A stretch of DNA of 62,000 bases from Octopus vulgaris (lineage: Eukaryota). Positions 38,090-50,433 of this stretch are shown piece by piece. The stretch spans positions 169,342,001 through 169,404,000 of the forward strand of contig OX597814.1 of NCBI GenBank assembly GCA_951406725.2, in the 5' to 3' direction. Made by a program: the position numbers and the translations under genes. A model generated the notes under the pieces. It saw nothing but the letters and a program-made list of their open reading frames with translations. It was not told the origin of the DNA and made no database searches. How positions within the stretch are numbered: position 1 is the stretch's first letter; each line of letters starts with the position of its first letter.

Positions 38090-38800
38090 GATGTCATCAT
38101 GGCCAATGCCAGTGTCACATAGCAAGCACCCATGCCAATGGCATGTAAAAAGCACCCTTTGAACATGGGGCCTCACAGAAGCAATGGTAAGTGACTGAGA
38201 TGACCAAGACCTTTTGTGAAATGCTGTACTTGAGAAGCCTTGTCAAGCCAAGTGAAAGCTTAGTTGTGGCCAATGCCAGTGTCACATAACTGGCACCCAT
38301 GTGGTGGTATGTAAAAAGCACCCATTACACTCTTGGAGTGGTTGGCATTAGGAAAGGCATCCAGCCTTTGAAACCATGCCAAATCAGACTAGAACCTGGT
38401 GTAGTCCTACAGCTTACTAGTTTCAGTCAAACCGTCCAACCCATGATGATGATGATGATGAGAATGAGGATGATAAAGATGATTCTGTTGATAATGACAA
38501 TGATCATGATGATGAGGAGGATGAGGATGAGGATGCTGCTGTTACTGCTGACGATGATGATGATGCTGATGATGATAACGATGACAATGATGGTGATGAT
38601 GATGATGAGAATGAGGATGATAAAGATGATTCTGTTGATATTGACAATGATCATGATGAAGAGGAGGATGAAGATGCTGCTGCTACTGCTGACGATGATG
38701 ATGATGATGCTAATACTGATGCTGCTGATGATGATGACGACAATGATGGTGATGGTGATATGATGAATAGACTGCTGATACAGTTGCTGATAGTGATGAT
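38090..38800 (+). mobile_element. RTE-tail SINE (38090-38445) with an expanded, internally duplicated (GAT)-rich tail
   Basis: Family C homology; unit of about 150 bp repeated twice in 38455-38760. Confidence 0.85.
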
Positions 38801-39058
38801 GTTGATGATGTCTTATCATCATTTTGCTTTAAAACAAAACTCCATCAATCTACCTTAGAATGTGTGTACCTTTGAGGTTTATTTTTTTTATATACATATT
38901 TTGGGGTCAGAAGGAAGAGAACATTTTGCTTTTTCCAATTTAATTTTTAAAAAAACTTATTTTCTTTTTTAAAAACGATAACCGAAAAAAAAAAAGAAAT
39001 TATTTAAAATAAAGTTATTTAAAACTAAAACTGCTTTCTTTCACTTTTTATATTTTAG

Positions 39059-39202
39059 TTATGATATTTTTGCATAACAATATATTTGTTTGGTTATTGA
39101 TGAAGCTACTATTGATTTGTGAAAACTCACCTAAGGAAACTGACTGCATCAGAACCTTAGCAGACAGTTCCATGGCATTATTCACCATTTGTTTTGTAGC
39201 AG
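39059..39202 (+). CDS. Candidate symmetric phase-1 exon (MIFLHNNIFVWLLMKLLLICENSPKETDCIRTLADSSMALFTICFVA)
   Basis: Strong acceptor TTTTAG and donor CAG/gtaaaa, 144 nt open; phase does not link directly to its neighbours. Confidence 0.3.
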
Positions 39203-39400
39203 GTAAAAATAAATCAATTATCTCCAAGTATTTGCTACCCCTGTCTCACCCCTTACTCGTTTCCATTGTAATTCAGACATGTTTGGATGTATAACTAGTT
39301 TCTGTGTAAAAATGAGCGCATGCCTGTGTATAGATGTGTTTATATGATGTGCATATGTTTGTGTGTGTATGTGTGTTTGTGTGTGTGTGTGTGTATGTGT

Positions 39401-39467
<67 letters not shown>

Positions 39468-40004
39468 ATCAGATTTCTCATGAATATTAGATGCTTGTAT
39501 AATTCTGATCTGTTTGAATGTATTGCCTCCTTTTCTGTGTAGGATGTGTATATGTGCCTGTACTCTGTGTGTGTATGTGTATGTTTGTGTTTGTGTTTTT
39601 GTTTTTATGTGTGTGTGTGTGTGTGTTGTTTTGAGCCTTTGTGAATGTATGCAATCCTGCATGTTCATGTTTGTGTAAATATATATTGAAACACAAGTGC
39701 TCACATATGAACATACTCTCCTACATACATACATGCATACACACTCTCTTGCATACATACATACACATGTATGTCTGTACTGATTTTGTCATTCTCTCTG
39801 TTTCTGTCATACCTTTTCCAAACACATGCATACACAAACACACACACACACATGCAAACATACATTTGCGGCTTTTCTCTATGTATCCAGCTTGTTCATG
39901 ATTTTGTATGGAGCTGCAATCTTTGTACAGCTCAGATACACAGGGGGAAGACACATTCTTATATTGCAGCTTGCTGTCTATGGTTACAAACCAGAACCTC
40001 AGAT

Positions 40005-42398
40005 TGTTTTATAAAACAAGGTCCAGTCCTTGTTGTGGTGTGGTAGCTTCTGTGCCACAATGATTCTAAGAGCAATGCCAATGGAGCACAAACACCTGGT
40101 AGGGTCTCCCATAACATATAACATCGCCCTTTTCAAGCCTAGCCAGACTCGTGGGCCCGGTTTCCCGGTTTCTATGGCATACGTGTTCCCCCCAGCTGGA
40201 CGGAATGCCAGTCCATCACAGCATTACTCAAGAAACAGGAAGAGAGAGTGAGAGAAAGTTGTGGCGAAAGAGTACAGCAGAGAGGTATAGCTCCTTTTCC
40301 CAGGTGTGTAATATATGAATAGTTATGATGATGAGGGTTCCAGTTAATTAGATCAATGGAACAGCCTGCTCATGAAATTAATGCGCTCCATAGATATGCG
40401 TGCCCTTAATGTAGTTTTCAGTGAGATTCAGCATGAAATACAGGCACTACTCATTTTTATCAGCCCAGTGGACTGGAGCAACATGAAATAAAGTGTCTTG
40501 CTCAAGGGCATAACACGCTACTGCGCATCAACCCTCATGACCTTATGACTGTAAGCTGAATGCCCTAACCACTAAACCAAGCACCTAACAGTGTAGTTAC
40601 CTGTAGAGAGGTATAGCTTCTCTTCACAGATGTATAATAAATCATATACGAAGGAGTGTCTAGCAGTTCCTGGCTTTAAGGGTATCATGAAAGGCTTAGT
40701 TGGAGGCCCAACCTTCTGAGTTCTTTTACAGGGATTAGAAAAACTGAAGGGCTGTTGCAATGTCTGTGAATCTGAGAGAAGAATATGTTGAATAAAATCA
40801 TAATTAACTGATCCTCTTGTATTTTCTTTTAACCAAAGCCAGGAACTTTTCAGCACACTCTTGTATGAATAGTAAGAACTGAAGTAAGCCATGTATTCAA
40901 CCTTGTAAGACTGATGCCTTTTTGGATGACTGATAGGAAGATTGATCTAAAACAGTGCTTTGCAACCATTTTTTGCCTATGAATCCTTTTGATTCTTACT
41001 TTACTCGACTGGACCTCTATAGCCATTTGATGCATATAAAAAAAACAAAAAATATTTTTCATCATCATTTAGTGTCTGTTTTCCATGCTGACATGAGTTA
41101 GATGGATTGACTGGAACTGGTAAGCCAGAGAGCTTGCACAAGGTTCTAGTCTGATTTGGCTTGGTTTCTATGGCTGGATGCCATTTCTAACTCCAACCAC
41201 TCCAAGAGTGTAAGGGTGCTTATTACGTGCCACCAACATGGGTGCCATTTACTTGTCACTGGCAATGACCATGATTAAGGTTTCACTTGGCTTGATGATT
41301 TTTCTCAAGCACAGCATTTTGCCGAAGGTCTCAGTTACTTGTCATCGCCTTCATGAAGCCCAACATTCATAGATCGTTTCACCATGAGGCCCAGTATTTG
41401 AAGATATCACTACCAGCAACAACCATGATTATGATTTCACAGGTGCCATTTATATGACTCTGGCAACAGCCATAACTAATTTTATAATTAAATATTATTA
41501 GAAATTGTATAAAAAGTTCTTTTTAATATTTTGTATATGGTAGCAGTATAAGCAATTTATTGCACATAAGTTTTAACAACAAAATCTTATAAGGAACCCC
41601 AAGGGTCATATAAGGACCCCTAAGGGTCATATGGACCCTGCTTGAGGAACACTGCTCTAAAATGATACCTTTGATAGATTTTACAATCGCTTTAGTAGTT
41701 TCCAGAGTATCTCTTTGGATTTCAGAGTTCTTTTGAACCATACTTTGCTAGAAGTGATACATACTCTTCTAGGACTGTGACACATACTTTATAACTATCA
41801 CAGTAAAAATACCTGTTGTGCTGTGATTTGGTCCGAATCCAAATTGTCTTTTAGAAATATCTAGGTTTTCTTCAATCAGTAACTTTATTGTTGTTTCTTG
41901 ACTGTTGATTTCATTACTTTGATGTTGAGTGATGATCAGTATTTTGGTGGCTCAGTTCTAGAATTCGTCTTGCCTAGAGGTTTTATAAAACAAGGTCCAG
42001 TCCTTGTGGTGTGGTAGCTTGTGTGCCACAATAATTCTAAGAGCAATGCCAATGGAGCACAAACACCTGGTAGGGTCTCCCATAACATATAACGTTGCCC
42101 TTTTCAAGCCTAACCAGGCTCATGATCCTGGTTTCCCAGTTTCTGTGGCATATGCGTTCCTCCCAGCTGGACAGGATACCAGTCCATCACAGCATTATTC
42201 AAGAAACAGGAGGAGAGAGTGAGAGAAAGTGGTGGCGAAAGAGTACAACAGGGGTCACCACCACCCCCTGCTGGAACCTCGTGGAGCTTTTAGGTGTTTT
42301 CACTCAGTAAATACACACAACGCCTGGTCTGGGAATTGAAACCGCGATCCTCCGACCGCAAGTCTGCTGCCCTAACCACTGGGCCATTGCGCCTCCAC
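40005..42398 (-). mobile_element. Two copies of a tRNA-SINE sharing a 3' extension of about 115 bp (40005-40300, 41980-42398), with a mariner MITE (40649-40863), an RTE-tail SINE (41060-41460) and a decayed RT fragment (41680-41920) between them
   Basis: Pairwise homology; RT fragment reads RQFGFGPNHSTT on the minus strand. Confidence 0.75.
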
Positions 42399-42914
42399 AT
42401 ACTGGAGTAAAACAGTAAAAAGAGTAAGAGTAATCCCTAAAATACTACCATGGGCCCAAAAACGTTTTATATGAACCTCCCCAGGGTTCATATGGACCCA
42501 GTTGAGAACCACTAGCTTAAGTGTAAAATAAATATTATAAGTGAGGTTTTCAACTTATTTAGAATAATACTGCAAATAAATCAAAAATTGAAATAGGGAA
42601 AACTAGGAGCAGTTTGCTCCATAGTGTTCCTTCACAATTTTGATTAAAATCTGGAAGATTTTTTGCAGTTTGAATTCCTGTTTTCAATTTCAATCTTAAT
42701 GATATTTTCAGTTTTCAAGATGATGTTCCATAGCATTGTGTCAGATTGTCAGATGTTTTGTGGTTGGCTGTCAGCTTTCCATATTTGATACTGGCAAAAC
42801 ACATTGACTTCACCATTTGTTGTCAAATGTGCAGTTGTGTAGTGTTTCTTGATGAGGACATGAATGTGGTCTGTTGTGCCAGAGAAAGGAGAGAGAGGGA
42901 GGAAGAGCAAGAGA

Positions 42915-42924
42915 TAGATAGATG

Positions 42925-42991
<67 letters not shown>

Positions 42992-43190
42992 GGATAGATA
43001 GATGGATGGATGGATGGATGGATGGATGGATGGATGGATGGATGGATGGATGGATGGATGGATGGATGGATGGATGGATGGATGGATGGATGGATGGATG
43101 GATGGATGGATGGATGGATGGATGGATAGGTAGGTAGGTAGGTAAGTAGGTAGGTAGGTAGATAGATAGATAGATAGATAGATAGATATA
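42915..43190. repeat. Compound (GATA)n-(GGAT)n-(AGGT)n-(GATA)n microsatellite
   Basis: Direct reading. Confidence 0.95.
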
Positions 43191-43643
43191 GTGTGACTGA
43201 TTGGGGGAGTTTACAAGGCTCTACAATTCTTGTTAATATTGTTGCTTCTTAAGATGATGAGCTGGCAGAATTGTTGACCCACCAGACAAAATGCTAAGGG
43301 TCATTTTGTTTGCCTATACATTCTAAGTTCAAATTCTATGGTCGACTTTGCCTTTCATCTTTTCGAGGTTGATAAAATGAGCACTAGTTAAGTATTGGGG
43401 CTGATGTAATCAACTAGGCCCTTTCCCTGAAATTGATGGCCTTATGCCAAAATTTGAAATCAATATTGTTGCCTCTGAATTGTTATTGCACCAGGCAAAA
43501 TGCTTAGTGGTATTTCGTCTGTCTTTATACTTTGAGTTCAAATTCTGCCAAGGTCGACTTTATCAGTTGAACACTGAAATTTTTGGCCTTTTGCCAAAAT
43601 TTGAAACCAATATTGTTGCTTCTTGATTATTTCATTCACTTAG

Positions 43644-44192
43644 TTTTCATCGTGCTTTGTTTCCACCTAATTCTCTGCCACAATGTATTATGGATTTGCT
43701 GAAGAAGAAATATTTGTTCTTTGAAGTAATACACTTCTTTAACTGAAAGAGTTTCATTCCAGTGACTGGTCTGTATTTGTCTTTGAACCAAGCTTTATAA
43801 GTGGATTTTTTTCACCGTTGACTTTGTTTGCAATGCAAATGTGCATAATTTTGTAAACAATTTCTCTAACTAAAATCCAGATTTTCCTATGATGTTTCTT
43901 TTAAATAATACTTATACACTCTCACATGTATGTATGTATGTATGTATGTATGTATGTATGTATGTATGTATGTATGTATGTATGTATGTATGTATGTATG
44001 TATGTATGTATGTATGTATGTATGTATGTATGTATGTATGAATGTATTGTATGTATGTATGTATGTATGTATGTATGTATGTATGTATGTCATTGCTCAG
44101 TTTTATTTCAAGATTTCTTGCCAATAGAGAATGAGCTGGTTTCTAGCCTATATCCAAGGCTCCTTCATTGGAATTTCAACATCAGCAATAAG
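43644..44192 (+). CDS. Two candidate exons: 43644-43725 (FHRALFPPNSLPQCIMDLLKKKYLFFE, phase 2-0) and 44113-44192 (FLPIENELVSSLYPRLLHWNFNISNK, phase 1-0)
   Basis: Good acceptors and donors (GAA/gtaata, AAG/gtattt) and open frames; the linking phase 0-1 exon was not found. Confidence 0.35.
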
Positions 44193-44273
44193 GTATTTTG
44201 TATGTATGTATGTATGTATGTATGTATGTATGTATGTATGATTGCATGCATGCATGTATGTATGTATGTATGT

Positions 44274-44313
<40 letters not shown>

Positions 44314-45265
44314 ATGTATGTATGTATGTATGCATGCATGTATGTATGTATGTATATGTGCAGATTTGTATGTCTTGCTTTATGTATGTATTCTCATGCA
44401 TATAGTTGCATATCTAGACATGCTCATATATATTTAAATGATAAACTTCTGAAAAGTTTACAGATTTTCACAGTTCCAGTCATGGATTGGATCTGTAGTC
44501 TTCAGATTAGCTTTCTCCTTTCTGGTTTTGAGAAGCCTAATTTCTCAAGATTATTATTTAGGTAGTGTGTGACATATCCCGAGGCCCAAAAATTACAGGT
44601 ATAAACTTGAAATTGCAATCTGGATAGAGTAACTGCAGATTTCTCAATAGTTCAGCATAGGTGTTCTCTTTTTCACTAATCTTCAGCTTTATGTTAACAT
44701 CAGCTGGGCAGCTAATTTCCACAACTGTGCATAGTTTTTTTTCTCTGTCTCAAATCACTATATCAGGTCTATTGTGCTTACAGTTATTGAGGTCTTCACT
44801 GAGACAGTCTACTAATACTCCTTTTTATTATGAGTGGTTATAGCTTCTACCATACAGTGGGTTCATATTTCTTTGTCTTCGGAGTTATCCTTCTGATGGA
44901 TTTCATTATAGAGTGTCCTAGATACAACATCAGGTCTCATCGGTAGATAATACCATGATGACATTTTCAGACAACTGCTTATGATGAGGGTGATATCTTC
45001 AGTGTTAACTCCACAAAGTCTGCAACAGTTGTCACATTTTACTGCTTTTCTTTTATGTATGTATGTATATATGCATGCATGCCTGCATGTATGTATGTAT
45101 GTATGTATGTATGTATGTATGTATGTATGTATGTATGTATGTATGTATGTATGTATGTATGCATGCATGTATGTATGGATGGATGAATGTATATATGTAT
45201 GTATGTGTGTGTGTATGTATGTATGTATGTATGTATGTATGCATGTATGTATGAATGGATGAGTG

Positions 45266-45299
<34 letters not shown>

Positions 45300-45420
45300 T
45301 GTATGTATGTATGTATGTACGTATGTATGTACATGTGTATGTATGTATGTATGTATGTATGTATGTATGTACGTGTGTATGTATGTATGTATGTATTTAT
45401 GTATGTATGTATGTATGTAT
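43925..45420. repeat. (ATGT)n microsatellite blocks (43925-44090, 44200-44355, 45055-45420)
   Basis: Direct reading; these generate the spurious MYVC/HTYI ORFs. Confidence 0.95.
44400..45050 (-). mobile_element. RLE-type (R4/Dong-like or CRE-like) non-LTR element 3' fragment
   Basis: CRLCGVNTEDIT.IISSC zinc knuckle, RPDIVIWD...VEISCPAD restriction-like endonuclease motif; stops present. Confidence 0.75.
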
Positions 45421-45436
45421 AGATTGATGTATGTAC

Positions 45437-45850
45437 ATGCAGGGTGTCCAGAAAATCATAAGAGAAAAGGAAACATTTGCTGAAATTGCAACAAAAACTG
45501 GATACTGTTGAAATTTTTCTATAATATGAAGTAAAACGTGAAGTTTATACACAAATATTTTATAAATTTGTATTTGGCCCCTATCCATTGCATGAAGGAC
45601 ATCTAAACAATATTCAATTTTTGTCCATGTCCTTCTTGACACACCCTCATCAATAGTCACAATGGCAGTAGTGATTCTTTGCTTAAGTTCATCCAACTCC
45701 TTTATGCTACTTTGGTACATGATTTGTTTTGTATAACCCCACAAGAAAAAAGTCTATGGGTGTTATATCTAGGGAATGAGGGGTCAAGTAATTGGGCCAC
45801 TTTTTCCTATCCAGCAATCTGGAAACCTTTCATTTAAAAATCTGCAGATG
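45437..45850 (-). mobile_element. Tc1/mariner-superfamily transposase 3' fragment with terminus CAGGGTGTCC
   Basis: Translates ..TPIDFFLWGYTKQIMY..LDELKQRITTAI..EYCLDVLHA, matching the DFFLWGY motif. Confidence 0.75.
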
Positions 45851-46189
45851 GTTGCATGTGAAATAAAATTTGAGTGAGGTCGTTGCCAGTGCTGCTGGAC
45901 TGGCTCCTGTGCAGCCCTGTCAGTTTACTGATCAAATGTGGTCAAAGATAGTTCTCTTAATGTATCAGTCTGCTTTCAGTGTTTTACTCTGTCTTTCTCC
46001 TTAGCAGCACAGTGATGAAGCTAGTTCCCATACACAATGGCCATGGAACCAGAAACAAATATTCTACCACATCTACAAAAATCTGTATATACACAAACAA
46101 CTCAGTGCAGTTGTATATTTCACATGGTGGTGGAAAAGTGTAGTTGACAAGGCTGTTAGAGAAAAGAAACAGGCCTGGAGCTACTAACA

Positions 46190-47345
46190 GTTTCGTGTGA
46201 ACGTATATTTAGGCAGGTTTTTATAATACACCTAGTGTCTCTAAACAATCTTTAGGCCCTGAGCACATGGTTTGTTCTGCTTGAAAATCTGGATGCAGGT
46301 ACATGAGAAATCACAAGAAAAAACAAAAGAAGGTTGATGCAAAAAACCAGAAGGGTAAATACAGTGGAGAAAGTAAAGAAAGAAAATTTGACTGTAGCAA
46401 CCATAGTTAAACTAGTTGTTATAGAATAATTAATAATTCGATGGAGAGGCATCCAAACTCTGCATGACAGCTGCTCAATCTGGAGAGAATGGTGTGCTCC
46501 AGTTTGCCAAAAGAAATTTATCTAAATGCTTGCATTTTCCTGAAAATTTCAGTTTTCCAATTAAGTAATGCAGTAGAATTCTTAGATCTAAAAGGAATGT
46601 GTGACATTTTGGTTATGCATAAGCTGCATTTTCAGATCCATTTACATCTGACATGGATTTTTCGACAATTTCCCACTTGATTGTATGTGGTGTGCAGTTG
46701 ATCTTCAAACTCAATACGCAGCTAGCCAACTTGGTGGCTTTACTTTTGTCAATGTGCTGGAAAGAAGATTGATGGTTTGCATAACATCTTTTGAAATTGC
46801 TTTCACATACACTGATGTAATTTTTCTTTTCAGTTAGCTTATCTTGAAGCATTGCTGTGACTTCTGTCTCATAGCCAACGGAGTTTACCATACACACCTA
46901 ATCTAGTGGGCTAGCAGTGTCTTGACAATTGCAGCTGGGAATAGGCTCTTGGTGATGCTTACGAGTGATTATGTTTTTCATATTGGGGCAGCAGCTGTAT
47001 GATATTTTAATTGAGTGTCTTTTAAAAATCTTCCCATATTTATGGTTTACTGGGAAATGCTTATCTAAAAAGAGACAGAAATTTATTGCCTACATTAGTT
47101 TTAGCTTTTTGAGAGAACGGTGGGGCGAAGCATATTACTTTCTTAGGCCTATTTTTTGGTGTAATTTTATGACAGATGTTTTTATTTGAAGGGTTGCAAT
47201 ATATTTTATCTTTGAAGCCACTGTTAGCTAGAGCATTGTTATAGTAGGGGGCTGCCATATCAAATATTTCTTTAGAGGAGGAGAGATTAGATATGCTATT
47301 ACTGATGTCAGCTATCAGATTAAGTACTATAGAGGACTGACTTCA
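46190..47345 (-). mobile_element. Penelope-like element fragment (RT C-terminus plus GIY-YIG endonuclease), frameshifted
   Basis: AAPYYNNAL..FAPPFS..NVGNKFL, ISYSCCPN, CNC, YISVCESNFKRCYANHQSSF..KLAS..IKWEI. Confidence 0.85.
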
Positions 47346-48663
47346 CAGTAAACCATAATAAATACAGGAAGATTTTTGAGCTTCCATCACAATTTCTTGA
47401 TAACTTATGTTCCAGTCACTAGCTTGATAATGACAAAGTTATTTCTTCAATATTTTCAAAATTAATGGAAACAAAGACAATGTATTTCAACATGTATTTC
47501 AAATATGGTAGCAAAAAAGGTTCTTCTATGTTCCAAATACCAGTCTATAAATGACAGTTATTTTACTAAATTGTTCGTTATTTTTTCAAAACTTTAATTG
47601 AAATAAAAGCAATTTATTTAAATAGAAACAGGGCATTTAAAGAGTTAAGACAGACCAGAAAAGGAGAACAGGGTCACTGACAGGATCTGAACCACAAACC
47701 ACCATATAGTTGTCTGCTTACCAAGGAGACAAGTGATAGATTTGAGGTTCAGATCCTTTCAGTGAGACTATGGTCTTCCTCTGTCTGAAAAATGGCTCTT
47801 ATAATAACTAATATAATTTTATGTGAAAATAATTTTTTCCTTCATAAGTATTATTCTAAAAACTTTAAAAACAATCCCTCAAGTGGTAAAAAAAAATCAA
47901 AGAGGAAAAACAGAAAAAATCATCAGAATCTATAAAAACAATTAAATAAAATTATCATTACAACTGTTTCTTTTCCTAATATATTTTATTTTAATGTTAT
48001 TCTTACTGCAATTTTTGTTAGTTTTTATCAATGTAATTCTTATTAGTGTTATTTTTGTTGAAATTTATATTAGTATTATTTTAATGTAATTTATATTAAT
48101 TTTTTTTATGATAATGCCATTTTAATTAATATTATTTTTGTTAATTTTATCATAATTAATATTGGCTTTATCAATGTTATTTTTATTACTGCTGCTTTTT
48201 ATAAATTCTATATCCATTAATCTTATTTCTGTTAATCTTATTTTTGTTAATTTTATTTTTGTTAATATTATTTTTATTAATGTTATTTTAGCCAATGTTA
48301 TTTTTGCACTTTAACAGAAAAATCAAGAAATAATTCTAATATTAGTTCTGTTGAAGATGGTGAGCTGGAATATTTCTTAAATTAATGACACTTGACCATT
48401 CTATGAAATACCACAATATTGATAGTGTTAACTCCATTACATGCTTGTTGGCATTTCTTGTGGTCCTTTATTCTGGGTTCAACTGCCACTAAGGTTGACT
48501 TTGCCATTCATGTGTTAGGGATCAATAAAATAAATAACAGCTGTGCACTGAGGTGATGTAATTAACTCCCCTTAAAATTGCTGGTCTTGTGCCAAAGTTA
48601 GAAAGAATTGTTAGCACTGCCATGTAAAGAACACTGGTGCTAGCATCACTTCGAATGCACTCA

Positions 48664-49335
48664 TGCCTATACCATGTATAAAATGAACTCATGCCCGTAC
48701 CATGTATAAAATGAACTCATGCCTGTACCATGTATAAAATGAACTCATGCCTGTACCATGTATAAAATGAACTCATGCCTGTACCATGTATAAAATGAAC
48801 TCATGCCTGTACCATGTATAAAATGAACTCATGCCCGTACCATGTATAAAATGAACTCATACCTGTACCATGTATAAAATGAACTCATGCTTGTACTATG
48901 TATAAAATGAACTCATGCCTGTACCATGTATAAAATGAACTCATGCCTGTACCATGTATAAAATGAACTCATGCCTGTACCATGTATAAAATGAACTCAT
49001 GCCTGTACCATGTATAAAATGAACTCATGCCTGTACCATGTATAAAATGAACTCATGCCTGTACCATGTATAAAATGAACTCATGCCTGTACTATGTATA
49101 AAATGAACTCATGCCTGTACCATGTATAAAATGAACTCATGCCTGTACCATGTATAAAATGAACTCATGCCTGTACTATGTATAAAATGAACTCATGCCT
49201 GTACCATGTATAAAATGAACTCATGCCTGTACCATGTGTAAAATGAACTCATGCCTGTACCATGTATAAAATGAACTCATGCCTGTACCATGTGTAAAAT
49301 GAACTCATGCCTGTACCATGTATAAAATGAACTCA
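48664..49335 (+). repeat. Minisatellite: 24 copies of the 28-mer TGCCTGTACCATGTATAAAATGAACTCA inside an RTE-tail SINE (48612-49560)
   Basis: 672 bp = 24 x 28; few variants. Confidence 0.95.
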
Positions 49336-49562
49336 TGTCGGTGTCGGTGTCATGTAAAAAGCACTTGTGCGGATGTCATGTAATAGCATCCATGCCAATG
49401 CTGTGTAAAAACTACCAAGTACACTCTGTAAAGTGGTTGGTGTTAGGAAGGGCATCCAGTCACAGAAACCATACCAAAAGAGACATGGAACCTGGGCAGC
49501 TTTCCAGCTGGTCAACTCCTGTCTAACCATCCAGCCCATGTCAGGATGGGAAACAGACATTA

Positions 49563-49798
49563 CATGAAGATGATACTCTTTTTATTTTTTGTTTCAGTCA
49601 TGTGACTGTGGCCATGCTGGAGCACTGATTTTGGTCGAGCAAATTGACCCCAGGACTTATTCTTTGTAAGTCTCGTACTTATTCTATTGGTCTCTTTTGC
49701 CAAACTGCTAAGTTACGGGGACGTAAATACACCAGCATCAGTTGTCAAGCAATGTTGGAAGGACAAACACAGACACACAAACATATACACACATATAC

Positions 49799-49858
<60 letters not shown>

Positions 49859-50012
49859 GACAGGCTTCTTTCAGTTTCTGTCTACCAAATCCACTCACAA
49901 GGCTTTGGTCGGCCCGAGGCTATAGTAGAAGACACTTGCCCAAGGTGTCACGCAGTGGGACTGAGCCCGGAACCATGTTGTTCATAAGCAAGCTACTTAC
50001 CACACAGCCACT
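49563..50012 (-). mobile_element. SINE family A, full length
   Basis: Homology to 931-1313. Confidence 0.9.
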
Positions 50013-50433
50013 CCTGATGATGATGATTGATGATGATGATGATAAGGATGATGATGATGATGATGATGATGATGTATCAAGTAACACACCCTATAATATC
50101 CCTATGTTTCTCATATTTCAAAGAAGGGTTACATGCAAAGTTTCTTTTTTTTGTTTTTTGTCTGCAAAGCTTCCAAAACTCAAGACAGAAATAGAGGAAG
50201 ACACAAGTCACTGACTACTGAGGTCAGATGTTGAGCATGAAAGTAATGAGTCACTCTAGGATGAGAAGACTGGTTTGAATGCTTACAATAGAGTGGACTT
50301 TATTAATGATGCCTAAGGATCAAGTGATAAACGTTAAACTAACTACTCGATCAAGTCAAGAGGTCAACTTATTCTCCTTAATTTCTGAGTGCAGAAAGGC
50401 AAAAACAATAGACTGAAGGTTTATTTATTTGAA

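Noticed and set aside
38299-38822. Acidic poly-Asp protein (biomineral- or nucleoplasmin-like)
   Set aside because: It is the expanded (GAT)n tail of an RTE-tail SINE; no splice or start context
44468-44562. Plus-strand exon IFTVPVMDWICSLQISF...
   Set aside because: It is the antisense of the RLE element C-terminus; this shows chance exon-like signals occur here
48664-49335. CRISPR-like array
   Set aside because: 28-bp units are contiguous with no unique spacers; eukaryotic context, no cas genes
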